From Octopus vulgaris (taxonomy: Eukaryota), in the NCBI GenBank assembly GCA_951406725.2, contig OX597819.1, forward strand, positions 73,904,001 to 73,968,000: a stretch of 64,000 bases of DNA, in the 5' to 3' direction. Position numbers and translations under genes: made by a program. The stretch's first letter is position 1; each line of letters opens with the position of its first letter. A model generated the notes under the pieces. It searched no databases. It was not told where the DNA came from and worked only from the letters and a program-made list of their open reading frames with translations. This document shows positions 1 through 11,385 of the stretch, one piece after another.

Positions 1-1798
1 CAGTAAGATATAAGTAATTCAAAGATTTTAAAAGGCGGTGGAGCAGTAGTTTCGTACTTTCTTACAATATTTAGTTTTGTACTTTCGTTCTGAGTTCAAA
101 CCGTTTGAGATCGATTTTGCTATCCTTTGAAGTTCGATGCTGACAAAAGAAAATATTGGTTATATATTCATGATCAATTAAATTGATCATATCCATCTCC
201 AACAAGTTTACTTATTTTACAGAAGCGATCAATAAGTCAATGGTTGATATGGTCAAAGGCAGAGAATGATTGATGGATCAGTGTAGAGGGATGATAGATA
301 TAGATCCTTTCCGAGTAATATAGACTCATAGGGCCGGTTTCCTGGTTTCCGTGGGGCATATATCTGCCCTACCTGCTCCCCTGGATGCCGGTCTGTTGCA
401 GGATTCCTCATTTTTGCCAGCTAAGTGGACTGGTGCAACGTGAGATGAAATGTTTTGCTTAAGAACTCAACGCATCACTCTGTCCAGGAATGGAAACCAC
501 AATCTTAGGATCATGAGTCGAAAGTCTTAACCACTAAGCCGTGTGCCTCTACGATCAATCACTATCAAGAACTTACTACCCCTAATTACAGCACAGTTAA
601 TCCAAACACTAACTTTTCCTTTTTAGATATCTTGTGTCTGTTTCAAATAATTTTCGTTATGGTGAGTAATGTGAGGGTTAAGAGTCCAAGAATTAGTTTC
701 GATTCCCGATTCCAAGTTCATTCACATCTTTTACATACAAAATGCCTTTGACAAAATTATGTGTCACACGCTCATATTTTCTTACTTTCTGACAAAAAAA
801 AAAAAAAATCGAAATACACACAAACATAATGTCTGCTATTAGATTTCGATCAATGTCATTGCTTGATTGTTCTCTTGAATACGAATATCACGGATGTGCC
901 TTTTCAGCCCTTACACTCTTTTACACATTTAAAGATGTGGCAATGATGGGCGCCTCTTGTAGTAGGTGTTCATAGAGCTTACCACCTACGTTGACATATA
1001 CCTTCATTCCATCATGGAAGTTTTCGCTGAGTGCCTTGCTCTTTTTCGGCAGCGTCAGCTATGGGATGCATGAGATAAGGGAGATGTTAACATTCAAGCG
1101 ATATGACGGTGTCTGAAGCTTTTTAAGGTGATAAAAGACCTTGCGCCAAGCCAATCCCACTATCTAAATGATGTCTGCATTTGTCCGCAAAGAAGACCTA
1201 ATCTACGTCATAGGATGCAAACGAAGTCGCAGGTGTTACATCAGAGTTTTCTTTTACCTAGAGAGATATCTAAACAAAGACTAGGGGGTCATTGACTCTA
1301 CAGAGTTCATCCGCCCTTTAACAAGTTTAGTTTTTCGTCCTGCAGAATGTCTAACGGAAACCACCCTCCTTACCAACCAGGCTTAGTAGAGTTGTCAGTA
1401 TTGTCGCTGACGGTTCATCCATGCGTAATTTCTTTCTCTCCCTGCTTAAGTTCAAATCTCTTGAGCATTACGAAGTGCATTCTATACAGAGAATACTTCT
1501 CTCTAATCTATAAACTATGCTCAGCCGAGCGCTACATATAGATAACACTCATGGATAAGCAATCCTTGGGCATGTCTACAAAACTATCCCGATCCCAGTC
1601 AAACTTTTTTTTATATATATACATATGTACATTTTTTGTATTAAATGTATTTAATATTTAATGTATATCGACTGACTAACTTGCTTGTCCTTACATTTAT
1701 TCCTTTACCTGCTGAAGTTCAAATCCCTTCAGCATTACGATGTGTATTCTATACAAAGAATACCTGTCTCTAATCAACAAACTATATACATACATACA

Positions 1799-1831
<33 letters not shown>

Positions 1832-1832
1832 T

Positions 1833-2128
1833 TTCCAGAAGTTTATCATTTAGAATATATATGAGCATGTCTAGATAATCAACTATAGGCATGAGAATAC
1901 ATACATGAAACATACAAATTTGTGCATACATACATACAAACATACATACATACATACATACATACATACATACATACATACATACATACATACATACATT
2001 CAAACAAACAAAAACGCCCTAGTGTTGATGTTGAAATTCCAGTGAAGGAGGCCTTGGATCTAGGTTAGAAACCGGTTCTTTATTTGCAAGAAATCTTGAA
2101 ATAAACTGAATAATGACATACATACATA
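1833..2128 (+). mobile_element. 3' end/UTR of R4/Dong-type RLE LINE embedded in (TACA)n
   Basis: Matches the reverse complement of the 3' end of the RLE-coding copy at 41905-42210 (ttccagaagttt...gagcatgtctagat...gttgatgttgaaatt...gcaagaaatctt...aataatg). Flanked by TACA repeats. Confidence 0.8.
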
Positions 2129-2129
2129 C

Positions 2130-2450
2130 TCACACACACAACAGGCTAGATGTCGTTGTTTGGAAAAGATAAAAAATGCATGTCCCGACATTAGAGCTCA
2201 GCCGCTCTGCTGATTCATATATCTCTTTGAAAATAAGAAAGAGAAAGGATAACAACGGACAACTGCTTCGAAACATTCAGCTTATGTATGTACCTAGATA
2301 ATAAATCCACAATTATATAAATAATAATCAGTGCACTTGGCTTTGTGAGTAAATGTCTAACGGACAATTTGGAAAGGCCAGGGTTTTCAGAGAAAAACAT
2401 CAACCAACCAACTCGCACATTACAAATACAATCTGTAAGTAGGATATAAG
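2130..2450 (+). pseudogene. Degenerate R4/Dong-type restriction-like endonuclease fragment
   Basis: Translates to HNRLDVVVW..LELSRSAD..QLLRNIQLMY..SALGFV..LERPGFSEK..LQIQSV with stops, paralleling the RLE at 42200-42720. Confidence 0.6.
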
Positions 2451-2554
2451 CAAGGCTTTTCTCAAGTGCAAAGCATGAACCAGTCTTTCTTATCCACATT
2501 CATACAATGAAACTTCGTAAATTTGTAAGAAACCAGCTCCTTCCCAATACGCCA

Positions 2555-2858
2555 CGTGTGGATTAATGGTTAGCGTACTCAGCTCATGATCGTACGGTGG
2601 TGTGTTCGATTCCTGGCGATGCATTGTGTCCTTGTGCAAGACTCTTTATTTCTCGTTGCTCCGGTTCACTCCACTGGCAAAAATGAATAGTGCTTGTAAT
2701 TCAAAGGGTCATTCCCTTCACGTTCTATGTCACTCTGGATTTCTTTGAGAACAACATAAAGGGTTTGCTTGCCTGTGGAACACTCAGCCACTTGCACGTT
2801 AATTTCGGTTGATTGGGTCAAATGGAACCCTCATTGTCGAAACTGGCGGTGTGCCAGG
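2555..2858 (+). mobile_element. tRNA-derived SINE (family D)
   Basis: A/B-box-like head (tggttag...gttcgattcc), then gtgtccttg-gcaagac. Related copies at 32118-32430 (+) and about 400-545 (-). Confidence 0.65.
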
Positions 2859-3165
2859 GTTTTCTTTCTTTTTTTTTAAAATATATTTAATGTGTTATGC
2901 ACTCAACTGAACATTGTTATTTTCAACGTCTAAATGTCTCACACAAGTCGTTGTTAATGAGATTAAAATATTACGACAATCATTGATCTCCTCTTCATGC
3001 ATGAAAATTGCTTACATAATATTATATATATATATTTTATTAGATGTGCTTATAAATAGTTCAAACCTGTTCTAAAAACATACATAAGGAGGAAGGCATA
3101 TTTATCTGTACACATATTGTAGTGGTGGTAATGGCCGATCACACACACACACACACACACACACG

Positions 3166-3227
<62 letters not shown>

Positions 3228-3474
3228 GTGAGAGAGAAAGAATCGTCGACAGAGGAAGAGGAGAGAATGTAATTATATGTATATATATATATATAAATGT
3301 TTTCAACCAGAAAACTTATATTCAAATTATTTAAGCTCCAAGAAATTTGATAAAAATTAACCGAGAGCGATTGTATGGCTACCATATTTGCTGACTATGG
3401 TGGTCAAAGCATACTTCCAAAGTTATCATATGACACCTAGCACTCTACTATAATATAATATAATATTAGGAAGG

Positions 3475-3880
3475 TCGGCGAGTTGGCAGAAACATTGCGT
3501 TTCTGAGTTCAAATTTCGCCGAGATCGACTTTGCCTTTCATCCTTTTGGGGGTCGATTAGATAAGTATCAGTTATGCACTGAGGTCGATGTAATCCACTT
3601 AATCCCTTTGTCTGTCCTTGTTTGTCCCCTCTATATTTAGCCCCTTGAGGGCAATAAAGAAATAACTATTTTCTATTTTAAGGGCGGCGAGCTAGCAGAA
3701 TCTTTAGCACGGCAGGCGAAATGCTTAGCCGTATTATGTCTGCTGTTACGTTCTGAGCTCAAATTCCACCGAGATCGACTTTATCCTATCGGGGTCGACT
3801 AAATAAGTACCAGCTACGCACTTGGATCGATGTAATCCCTTTGTCTGTCTTTGTTTGTCCCCTCTATGTTTAGCCCCGTG
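3475..3880 (+). mobile_element. Two SINE family B copies (tRNA head plus MetaSINE-like central domain)
   Basis: ggcggcgagctagcagaa...ttctgagttcaaattccgccgaggtcgactttgcctttcatcctttcggggtcgat, repeated many times in the window. Confidence 0.8.
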
Positions 3881-4007
3881 TAAGACATAAAGGTATTCCT
3901 TCGGATATGGTATCAAGAGAATAAAAATCGTTCTGTTCTATGTATTTGTTCGGCAATTTCTATTAAAAATCTTATTTCTTTAATTTTTTTCCTGTTCACA
4001 TGCTGGC

Positions 4008-4009
<2 letters not shown>

Positions 4010-4038
<29 letters not shown>

Positions 4039-4240
4039 CATACATACATACATACATACATACATACATACATACAAACAGACAGACAGATAGACAGATA
4101 GACAAACAGACATACAAACAAAAATACCCTGTTGTTGATGTTGAAATTCCAATGACTGAGCCTTGGATCTAGGTTAGAGTCCTGTTCTTTTTCTATTGGC
4201 AAGAAATCTTGAAATAAAACTGAATAATGACATACATACA
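4010..4240 (+). mobile_element. Short 3' end of R4/Dong-type LINE in (TACA)n
   Basis: Same 3' UTR as 2010-2128 and 41905-42020 (-), with TACA repeats on both sides. Confidence 0.75.
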
Positions 4241-4311
4241 CAAATATACAAAAGTGCACTTAAACATATACATATTCTACAATATATCATATTATATTAC
4301 TTTACATTATA

Positions 4312-4865
4312 AGGCGGCGAGCTAGCAGAATCGTTAGCGCGCTGGACGAAATGCTTAGAAGCATTTCGATCGTTGCTACGTTCTGAGTTCAAATTCCGCC
4401 GTGGTCGACGTTGCCTTTCATCCTTTCGGGGTCGATAAGTACCAGTTAAACACTGGGGTCGATATAATCGACTAGTCCCCATCCCATAAATCTGAGGCTT
4501 TGTGCTTCCAGTAGAAAGGATTAGAAGGTGGCGAGTTGGTAGAATCGCTAGCATGCTGGGAAAAATGCTCAGCGGTATTTTGTCTGCCGTTATGTTCCGA
4601 GTTCAAATTCCGCCGAGGTCGACTTTGCCTTTCATCCTTTCGGGGTCGATTAATTAAGTACCAATTACGCACTGGGGTCGATGTAATCCGTTTATCCGTT
4701 TATTTGTCCTTGTTTGTCCCTTCTGTGTTTAGCCCCTTGTGGGTAGTAAAGAAATAGGTCTGCCGCTACGTTCTGAGTTCAAATTCTGTCGAGGTCGAAT
4801 TTGCCTTTTATCCTTTCGAAATCAATAAATTAAGTAGACCCCTGCCCCAATTTCAGGCTTTGTGC
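4312..4865 (+). mobile_element. Cluster of three SINE family B copies
   Basis: Repeated head and gcctttcatcctttcggggtcgat core. Confidence 0.8.
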
Positions 4866-5129
4866 CAAATCTTCGCTTAATTCTGGTTCCACAATTTTAA
4901 GCCAAGCGAAGACGTGACTCTCTTTCCCTGGATAGGTCGCTAGTGCATTGCAAGTAACTTTCACTAAACTCTGCTACCTATAGGCTCCAGCATGGCTGTG
5001 TATGCTTAAGAAGCGCACTTTTAGCAATGTGATTTAGTGTTCAGTTCTGGTGTGTGGCATCTTGGGCAAGTATCTTCTGGTTTGGACCCGGGACGACCAA
5101 TGCCTTCGGAAACAGCATGCAAATCCATC

Positions 5130-5166
<37 letters not shown>

Positions 5167-5220
5167 TAAAATATAAAAGAGAAACAAACGCTGAAGATGT
5201 TAATCCTTAAATCATGAAGT

Positions 5221-5304
5221 CCTCTACATACGTTTCGACGGGTGCACTCCAAAATGTCTGGTAGGATAAATAATGGTCAGCAGTGCACCAATCTCTTTAG
5301 GAGG
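5221..5304 (-). ncRNA. Type I hammerhead ribozyme, core mutated (CUAAAGA)
   Basis: Minus strand: CCUC-CUAAAGA-[GGUGCACU/AGUGCACC stem II]-GAAAC GUAU GUA-GAGG. Confidence 0.75.
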
Positions 5305-5546
5305 TTTATAATAACAAGCTAATCAAATAAACATGTTAACAGAAAAAGGAGGGCCTACAAAATGTAACATATTTATGTTTATATGGACACAGGCGTTCAC
5401 ACTCAATCATGGGACGTGTAAATATAAACATTATATTCATACAAAAACAGAAACGTATACAAACACATACATACACACTAATCAAAATATAAACACTTAC
5501 ACGTATATATATATATATATATATATAAAATATTATATATGGTACT

Positions 5547-5927
5547 TTTGGAAATATGCTGTGCTTGAGAAGACCCGGCAAGCCAAATGAGACCATAACC
5601 TCGTGACCTATGCCAGGGGTGTAACCAGCCCACTTATGTGTACTTTCCTTCATTGGACACTAAATTCTGCTTGCGAAGACCTGTTGAGGCAAGTGAAATC
5701 GAAATCAAATTCAATGAATAGCATCCGTACTAGTGGAGCGCTAAGAGCACCATCCGAGCGTGATAGTTGACAGAGCGGCTAACTGGCTTCCGTGCCGGTG
5801 GCACGTAAAAAGCACCATTCGAGCGTGATCGTTACCAGCGTCGCCTTTCTGGCACTTGTGCCGGTGGTACTGGCCTTGCGCCGGTGGCACGTGAAAAAAA
5901 TATTCGAGTGAGGTCGTTGCCAGTGCC
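5547..5927 (+). mobile_element. RTE-clade LINE 3' end and UTR
   Basis: Encodes ...WKYAVLEKTRQAK*, homologous to 6660-6720 (-). The 3' motif gccggtggcacgt is repeated. Confidence 0.65.
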
Positions 5928-6659
5928 ATATACATACATATTCTGAGATATACTCACACACATATGAATATATATCTCTCTACACATATACTCGTACATA
6001 TTGATGATGCGACGACTTAGAATCAAACCTTTACTAAAATATACGCTAACGTTCACATACTAATACTCACAAACTATCATATACATATACATACATATAT
6101 CCAGTAGTGGATATACCTCAACTTCTCCTCCTCCCACCCTAAACACACAAAGCTCTCCATCTCCTATTCCCAATTCCTCCGTCTACACAGGCTTTGCAGC
6201 GACAACCATGACTTTGGGACTCAGTCTCAACTCATGGCTCGCCACTTCATCCTACGTGGATATCCCCTCACCACTATCCACACCACCCTTGCCAGTGCAC
6301 GTTCCGTGGACCGTGCATCTACTCTCTGCCCCCGCACCCGCTCCGCCATCACCTTTTTCTCTTCACCTACCACCCCACCACCTTACTTCTCCGACGCACC
6401 ATTCACCGAGCCTTCTGGCGACTCCAGTCCGACCCCTCTTCGCCGTGAGTAGGGATTAATCTTCTCTTTTCGTTCCTTTGTACCACATGAGCTCAACTCT
6501 CCTCCCCTCTTCATCCAACCCTCCTCCTCTCTCCTCTCTTCCTCTCATTCCTACTTCCTCCCACCTACCTCTCCTTTCTTGCTTTGGCACCTACTTCCTC
6601 TCTTCACTCCTACCCACCTTCTCCATTTCACCCTCTCCCTTCATCGTCACCCCTCCCTC

Positions 6660-7390
6660 GTTATGGTCTCACTTGACTTGTCGGGTTTTCTCAAGCATAG
6701 CATATTTCCAAAGGTCTCGGTCACTTGTCATTACCTCGGTAAGGCCCAATGTTTGAAGGTCGTGCTTCATCACCTCATCCCAGGCTTCCTGGGTCTACCT
6801 CTTCCACTGTTCCCTCGACTGATAGGGAGCAAGAGGCCCTTTGTTACCAGCAGAGGTAAGAGCTCTCTGAAAATTTGCCCAGGCTATTTTTATTCTAGCA
6901 GCTATACTTTCAGAGCATCCACCCACCACTACTGATTTGGTCCCCTAGGTAACAGAAGCTATCAATTACTTGTAGTTTTTCTCCCTGGAATGTGACAGAA
7001 GCTGTTCTCTTCACATTTTCAGTGTTTATTGCTCCTGAGCATTTACCACATACAAAAACTATCTTCCCAGTTAGTCTTCCTTTGATATTGCTGCACATCT
7101 TATGTGTCCATAGCTTACACTGGGTACATCTTATGGAATTACTACCTACACCTTTTCTACAGATCGAGCAGGGCCTCTACCTGAACGGATTTGTGGTTTG
7201 TCTGCCTTCCTACTTATTAGGGCTTTGGTTTTAGCCAGGTTGACTCTAAGGCCCTTCGATTCTAATCCTTGTTTCCACAACTGAAACTTTTCCTCGAGTT
7301 CTGATAGTGACTAAGCAATTAAAGCAAGGTCATCAGCATAGAGGAGCTCCTAGGGGCATCCTGTCTTGAATTCCTCTGTTATTGCCTGGA

Positions 7391-7395
<5 letters not shown>
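6660..7395 (-). pseudogene. RTE-clade LINE reverse transcriptase fragment
   Basis: VFQAITEEFKTGCP*ELLYADDLALI...GLESKGLRVNLAKTK; Cys-rich segment; FCYLGD; C-terminal ...DRDLWKYAMLEKTRQVK*. Confidence 0.85.
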
Positions 7396-7442
<47 letters not shown>

Positions 7443-7489
7443 TAAGACGTGGAATATAAGCCACTGAAAACATCTGTGTATCACGTGTA

Positions 7490-7539
<50 letters not shown>

Positions 7540-8137
7540 ATCATTGGTTAATGAGGTATCTGACACCTGAGCCCCTAGACACGAAAATCTGGCTTGCTAT
7601 GATCTAGTGGGCAACAGACTTTATACTGATAAAACAATAGAAGGATAGCTGAATAGCGGATGGAATTGGTATGCTTCAAGAACAACAAATCGTTTACAAA
7701 GAACACAGCTATGAAATCCGTTTACCGATACAGAAACTGATATCTAGCCAATAAAAAACAGAACAAACAAAAAGAAAACATCTTCCAGTTCCTTTTTCTT
7801 TAAATTCCTTATCCTTATCTTTCTGTGACCGGTTAGTTCTCACCAATGATTTTGTTTTGCTCGTAATATTTAAATGTGATCCTGTGACTAACATTCAACA
7901 TAGTATTTCTTTTATTTTTCTTTTATTTCTTTTACTTGTTTCAGTCGTTTGACAGCAGCCATGCTGGGGCACCGCCTTTAGTCGAAAGAATTGACCCCCA
8001 GGGTTTATCCTTTGTAAGCCTAGTACATTATCTTGCCAAACCGCTAGGTCACGGGGATGTAAAAATGCCATCATTGGTCGTCAAGCGACATTGTGGGGAC
8101 AAACACAGACACACAAATACACACTTACATACATCTT

Positions 8138-8169
<32 letters not shown>

Positions 8170-8500
8170 CCTCTCGCCCCCCTCTCTCTCTCTATATATA
8201 TATATATATACATATATACATAGAGATTATGAGGAGTAATGGTGTCAATAAGACCCAAAGGTGTCAGGTAATGCTGAGTCAGTGCTATGGACAGACTATA
8301 GTTAAGCTCCAGGTTCGGTGATTATGCGAATGAGGAGTCCAACATAGGTCATATATCAGCATGTGTATATATAAAAATTTGCAGAATGAGATAAAATTCC
8401 AAGGCTGTGAAAGATTTTAGAACATTTATAAATTTCTCCACTTCACTCTTTATTTCATATCTTATCTAAAATAACTATTGCTTAACCATTTTCTCACACC

Positions 8501-8548
8501 GTCTCCAATGAAGGGATATATAAAATACCCTGGAAACAGCTGTAAGAC
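8501..8548 (+). ncRNA. Type I hammerhead ribozyme, degenerate core (CCAAUGA)
   Basis: GUCU-CCAAUGA-AGGG/CCCU-G-GAAAC AGCU GUA-AGAC. Lies in the spacer of inverted repeat 8393-8433/8551-8590. Confidence 0.7.
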
Positions 8549-9023
8549 CTATTTATAAATGTTCTAAAATATTTCACAGCCTTGGATTTTGTTGAAGTAC
8601 AGAAAAAAAAAGAAACACTTCAGGTAAAATATAGACCCTGAATGCAAATGAAGCCGAACTGTTTGTAAAGCATTATTTAGTCCGGAGCCTTAGCGATGTT
8701 TTCCATAATTCTAATGATATTTAGAAAAAAAACTGAAAGCGTATAGTTTGTAATTTAATTGTGCTCAACAGCTGTTTTAATAGCATAAAACATCATTATG
8801 ATGTTGCGAAAACATCATTACGTCATTAAAATATATAATTAATTTAATGATAGGCGCAGGCATGTCTGCGTGGTTAAAAAGGTTGCATTGGAACCAAGTG
8901 GTTTCGGGTTCAGTTCCACAGCATGGCAACTTGGTTAAGTGCGTTCTACTATAGCCTTGTGCTGACTAAAGCCTTGTGGTAGAGGGCAACTGTAGAAACT
9001 CGACATATATATGTGTGTGTATG

Positions 9024-9060
<37 letters not shown>

Positions 9061-9271
9061 TGAAATAGAAAGATGAATAATCTTGTTGCAGATTAATCAA
9101 AAGTTTAACCGATACCTTGGTAGCAAAAATCACAGCAGAAGACAGCACGGTTGGAGGTACAACCATATGGTGTTGCAACCGTGCGTTGGTGCGGATAATT
9201 GAATTTTAATATTATTAGTGAATTGAAGAAATGGAGTTGAACGAAGATTGAACAGAAATCGTTTTATTGCA

Positions 9272-9351
9272 TTCTACACGTGTTTCGAAAGGCACAATTT
9301 ACCAAATTCCGATTGAATAAGGAGACCATATTGTGTCTTTCTCTTCAGGAA
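9272..9351 (-). ncRNA. Type I hammerhead ribozyme, intact core (left arm)
   Basis: Mirror image of 9531-9610. Confidence 0.85.
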
Positions 9352-9530
9352 GAAATAGGAAATCCGTTGGAAAAAACAAAAACAGAACAGAGGCGGAGCA
9401 AAACAAATCGAACGAGGCTCCTAAGAGCCCATGGCCAAACTCTTTGGCCATGGGCTCTTAGGAGCCTCGTTCGATTTGTTTTGCTCCGCCTCTGTTCTGT
9501 TTTTGTTTTTTCCAACGGATTTCCTATTTC

Positions 9531-9610
9531 TTCCTGAAGAGAAAGACACAATATGGTCTCCTTATTCAATCGGAATTTGGTAAATTGTGCCTTTCGAAAC
9601 ACGTGTAGAA
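9531..9610 (+). ncRNA. Type I hammerhead ribozyme, intact core
   Basis: UUC-CUGAAGA-[GAAAGACACAAU/AUUGUGCCUUUC]-GAAAC ACGU GUA-GAA. Confidence 0.85.
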
Positions 9611-9665
9611 TGCAATAAAACGATTTCTGTTCAATCTTCGTTCAACTCCATTTCTTCAATTCACT

Positions 9666-9760
<95 letters not shown>

Positions 9761-10817
9761 TGTATGTATGTATGTGTGTGTGTGTGTGTGTGTATGTATC
9801 TGTGTGTGTTTGTTCTCCACTATCGTTTGACAACCGGTGTTGGTTTTTTACGTTCCCTTAACTTCTGCAGTTCAGCAAGAGAGTTTTATAGGAAAAGTAC
9901 CAGATTTGTGAAAAAAAAAAAAAAAAAGAAAAAAGAAAAAGGAGAAAGAAAGGTAAGAATGTAATGGGGTTGATTTGCTTCGACAATAATTCTTCAAGAT
10001 GATGTTCCAGCATGGTTGCAGTTCACTGACTCAAACAAAAAAAAGTTAAAAAGTAAAAAGATGCTGTTCCCATTTTTCAATTCTCACAGGCACTTTATAT
10101 GAGGAACAATCAACTACGCCCCTTCTCTCGTTAATAATAATAAAAAAAAGGTTTACACTTCAATGACATCACACATTTACAAAAACAACAATTATACAGA
10201 AATATAAAAATATTTCCTTACCTTGGCCATTCACATTTCCCATGTTATAATTTATTCACCTTTCGAAGTTTTTCTTGTTTTTGTAAATTCCACTTATAGA
10301 ACTTTCCTTTTTAAAATTAGTAAAATTCCGAAAAATCCCAAACGCTTCAAAGCCAAGTTCTAAAGCAAACACTTAATACGTTCTTGTTTCTTTGGTCAGT
10401 GTATGTTAAATGTCTCTTGGTTAAGTGATCGTTCCCTTGGATGCTTGTTCCTAGATTTTTCTAATCTTCTTAGAGAATACAAAAGAGATAATGTCCACAA
10501 AATCCACAATTATGCTGAAATTACTAGCCTGGATTCATTCTCGAATTATCATCTTCGTTATTAAGATGACCGTCGGCATCTTCCCCATTGTCGTCATGGC
10601 GTTTATAATTACATTCTGCAATGACAAGGAAAATCGGAAATAGCACGGACATATCACGTTTAGCTTTACAGCAACTGGATTGCAACCTGTTTCTCTTTCA
10701 CTTGTCTCTCTCTTCCTACCCCTTCACACTCATACATACACGCGCGCATGCTCACACATACACACATGCACACAGACACAGACACACACACAAACACATG
10801 TAGTTATGTATATATTC

Positions 10818-11028
10818 TTTTATTCTTTTACTTGTTTCAGTCATTTGACTGCGGCCATGCTGGAGCACTGCCTTTAGTCGAACAAATCGACCCCAGGACT
10901 TATTCTTTGGAAGCCTAGTACTTATTCTATCGGTCTCTTTTTGCCGAACCTAAGTTGTAAGGACGTAAATACACCAGCATTGGTTGTCAAGCGATGGTGA
11001 AGGGACAAACACACACACACAAACATAT

Positions 11029-11074
<46 letters not shown>

Positions 11075-11268
11075 GCGCGCGCACACACTCACACACATAC
11101 ACACACACACACACATGATGGGCTTCTTTCAGTTTCCGTCTACCAAATCCACTCACAAGGCATTGGTCGGCCGGAGGCTATAGTAGAAGACACTTACGCA
11201 AGGTGCCACGCAGTGGGAGTGAACCCAGAACCATGTGGTTGGTAAGCAGGCTACTTACAACACAGCCA
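10818..11268 (-). mobile_element. Full-length SINE family A (tRNA head, internal TG/TA microsatellite, CR1-like tail)
   Basis: Head-microsatellite-tail layout. Further copies at about 25487-25830(+), 28555-28915(-), 38215-38585(-), 40110-40530(-), 43885-44935(+), 52175-52592(+). Confidence 0.85.
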
Positions 11269-11305
11269 ACACGAATACATACATATATGCAAGCATGCAT
11301 GCATG

Positions 11306-11377
<72 letters not shown>

Positions 11378-11385
11378 CATACATA

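Larger units (their letters stand above)
9209..9673. repeat. Essentially perfect palindrome, about 231-bp arms, 3-nt loop (CTC, 9440-9442)
   Basis: Arms are reverse complements by eye. The mirrored ORFs 9280-9537 (+) and 9345-9602 (-) differ only at the centre. Confidence 0.97.
8850..10040 (+). mobile_element. SINE family A split at its internal microsatellite by an insertion
   Basis: Head at 8850-9003 (ggcgcagg...gggttcagttccac...ctactatagcc) and tail at 9805-10040 (tgacaaccggtgttggt...ccagcatgg), with the 9209-9673 palindrome between them. Confidence 0.7.

Noticed and set aside
1441-1785. 78-bp diverged direct repeat (1441-1518 and 1708-1785)
   Set aside because: Real, but I could not assign any structure or family; likely an old local duplication.
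7441-7485. HHR remnant (GUGG/CCAC stem followed by GAAAACAUCUGUGUA)
   Set aside because: CUGANGA core and stem I are missing; too partial to call.
9280-9602. Mirror-image 85-aa ORFs on both strands
   Set aside because: A by-product of the palindrome; no protein motifs.
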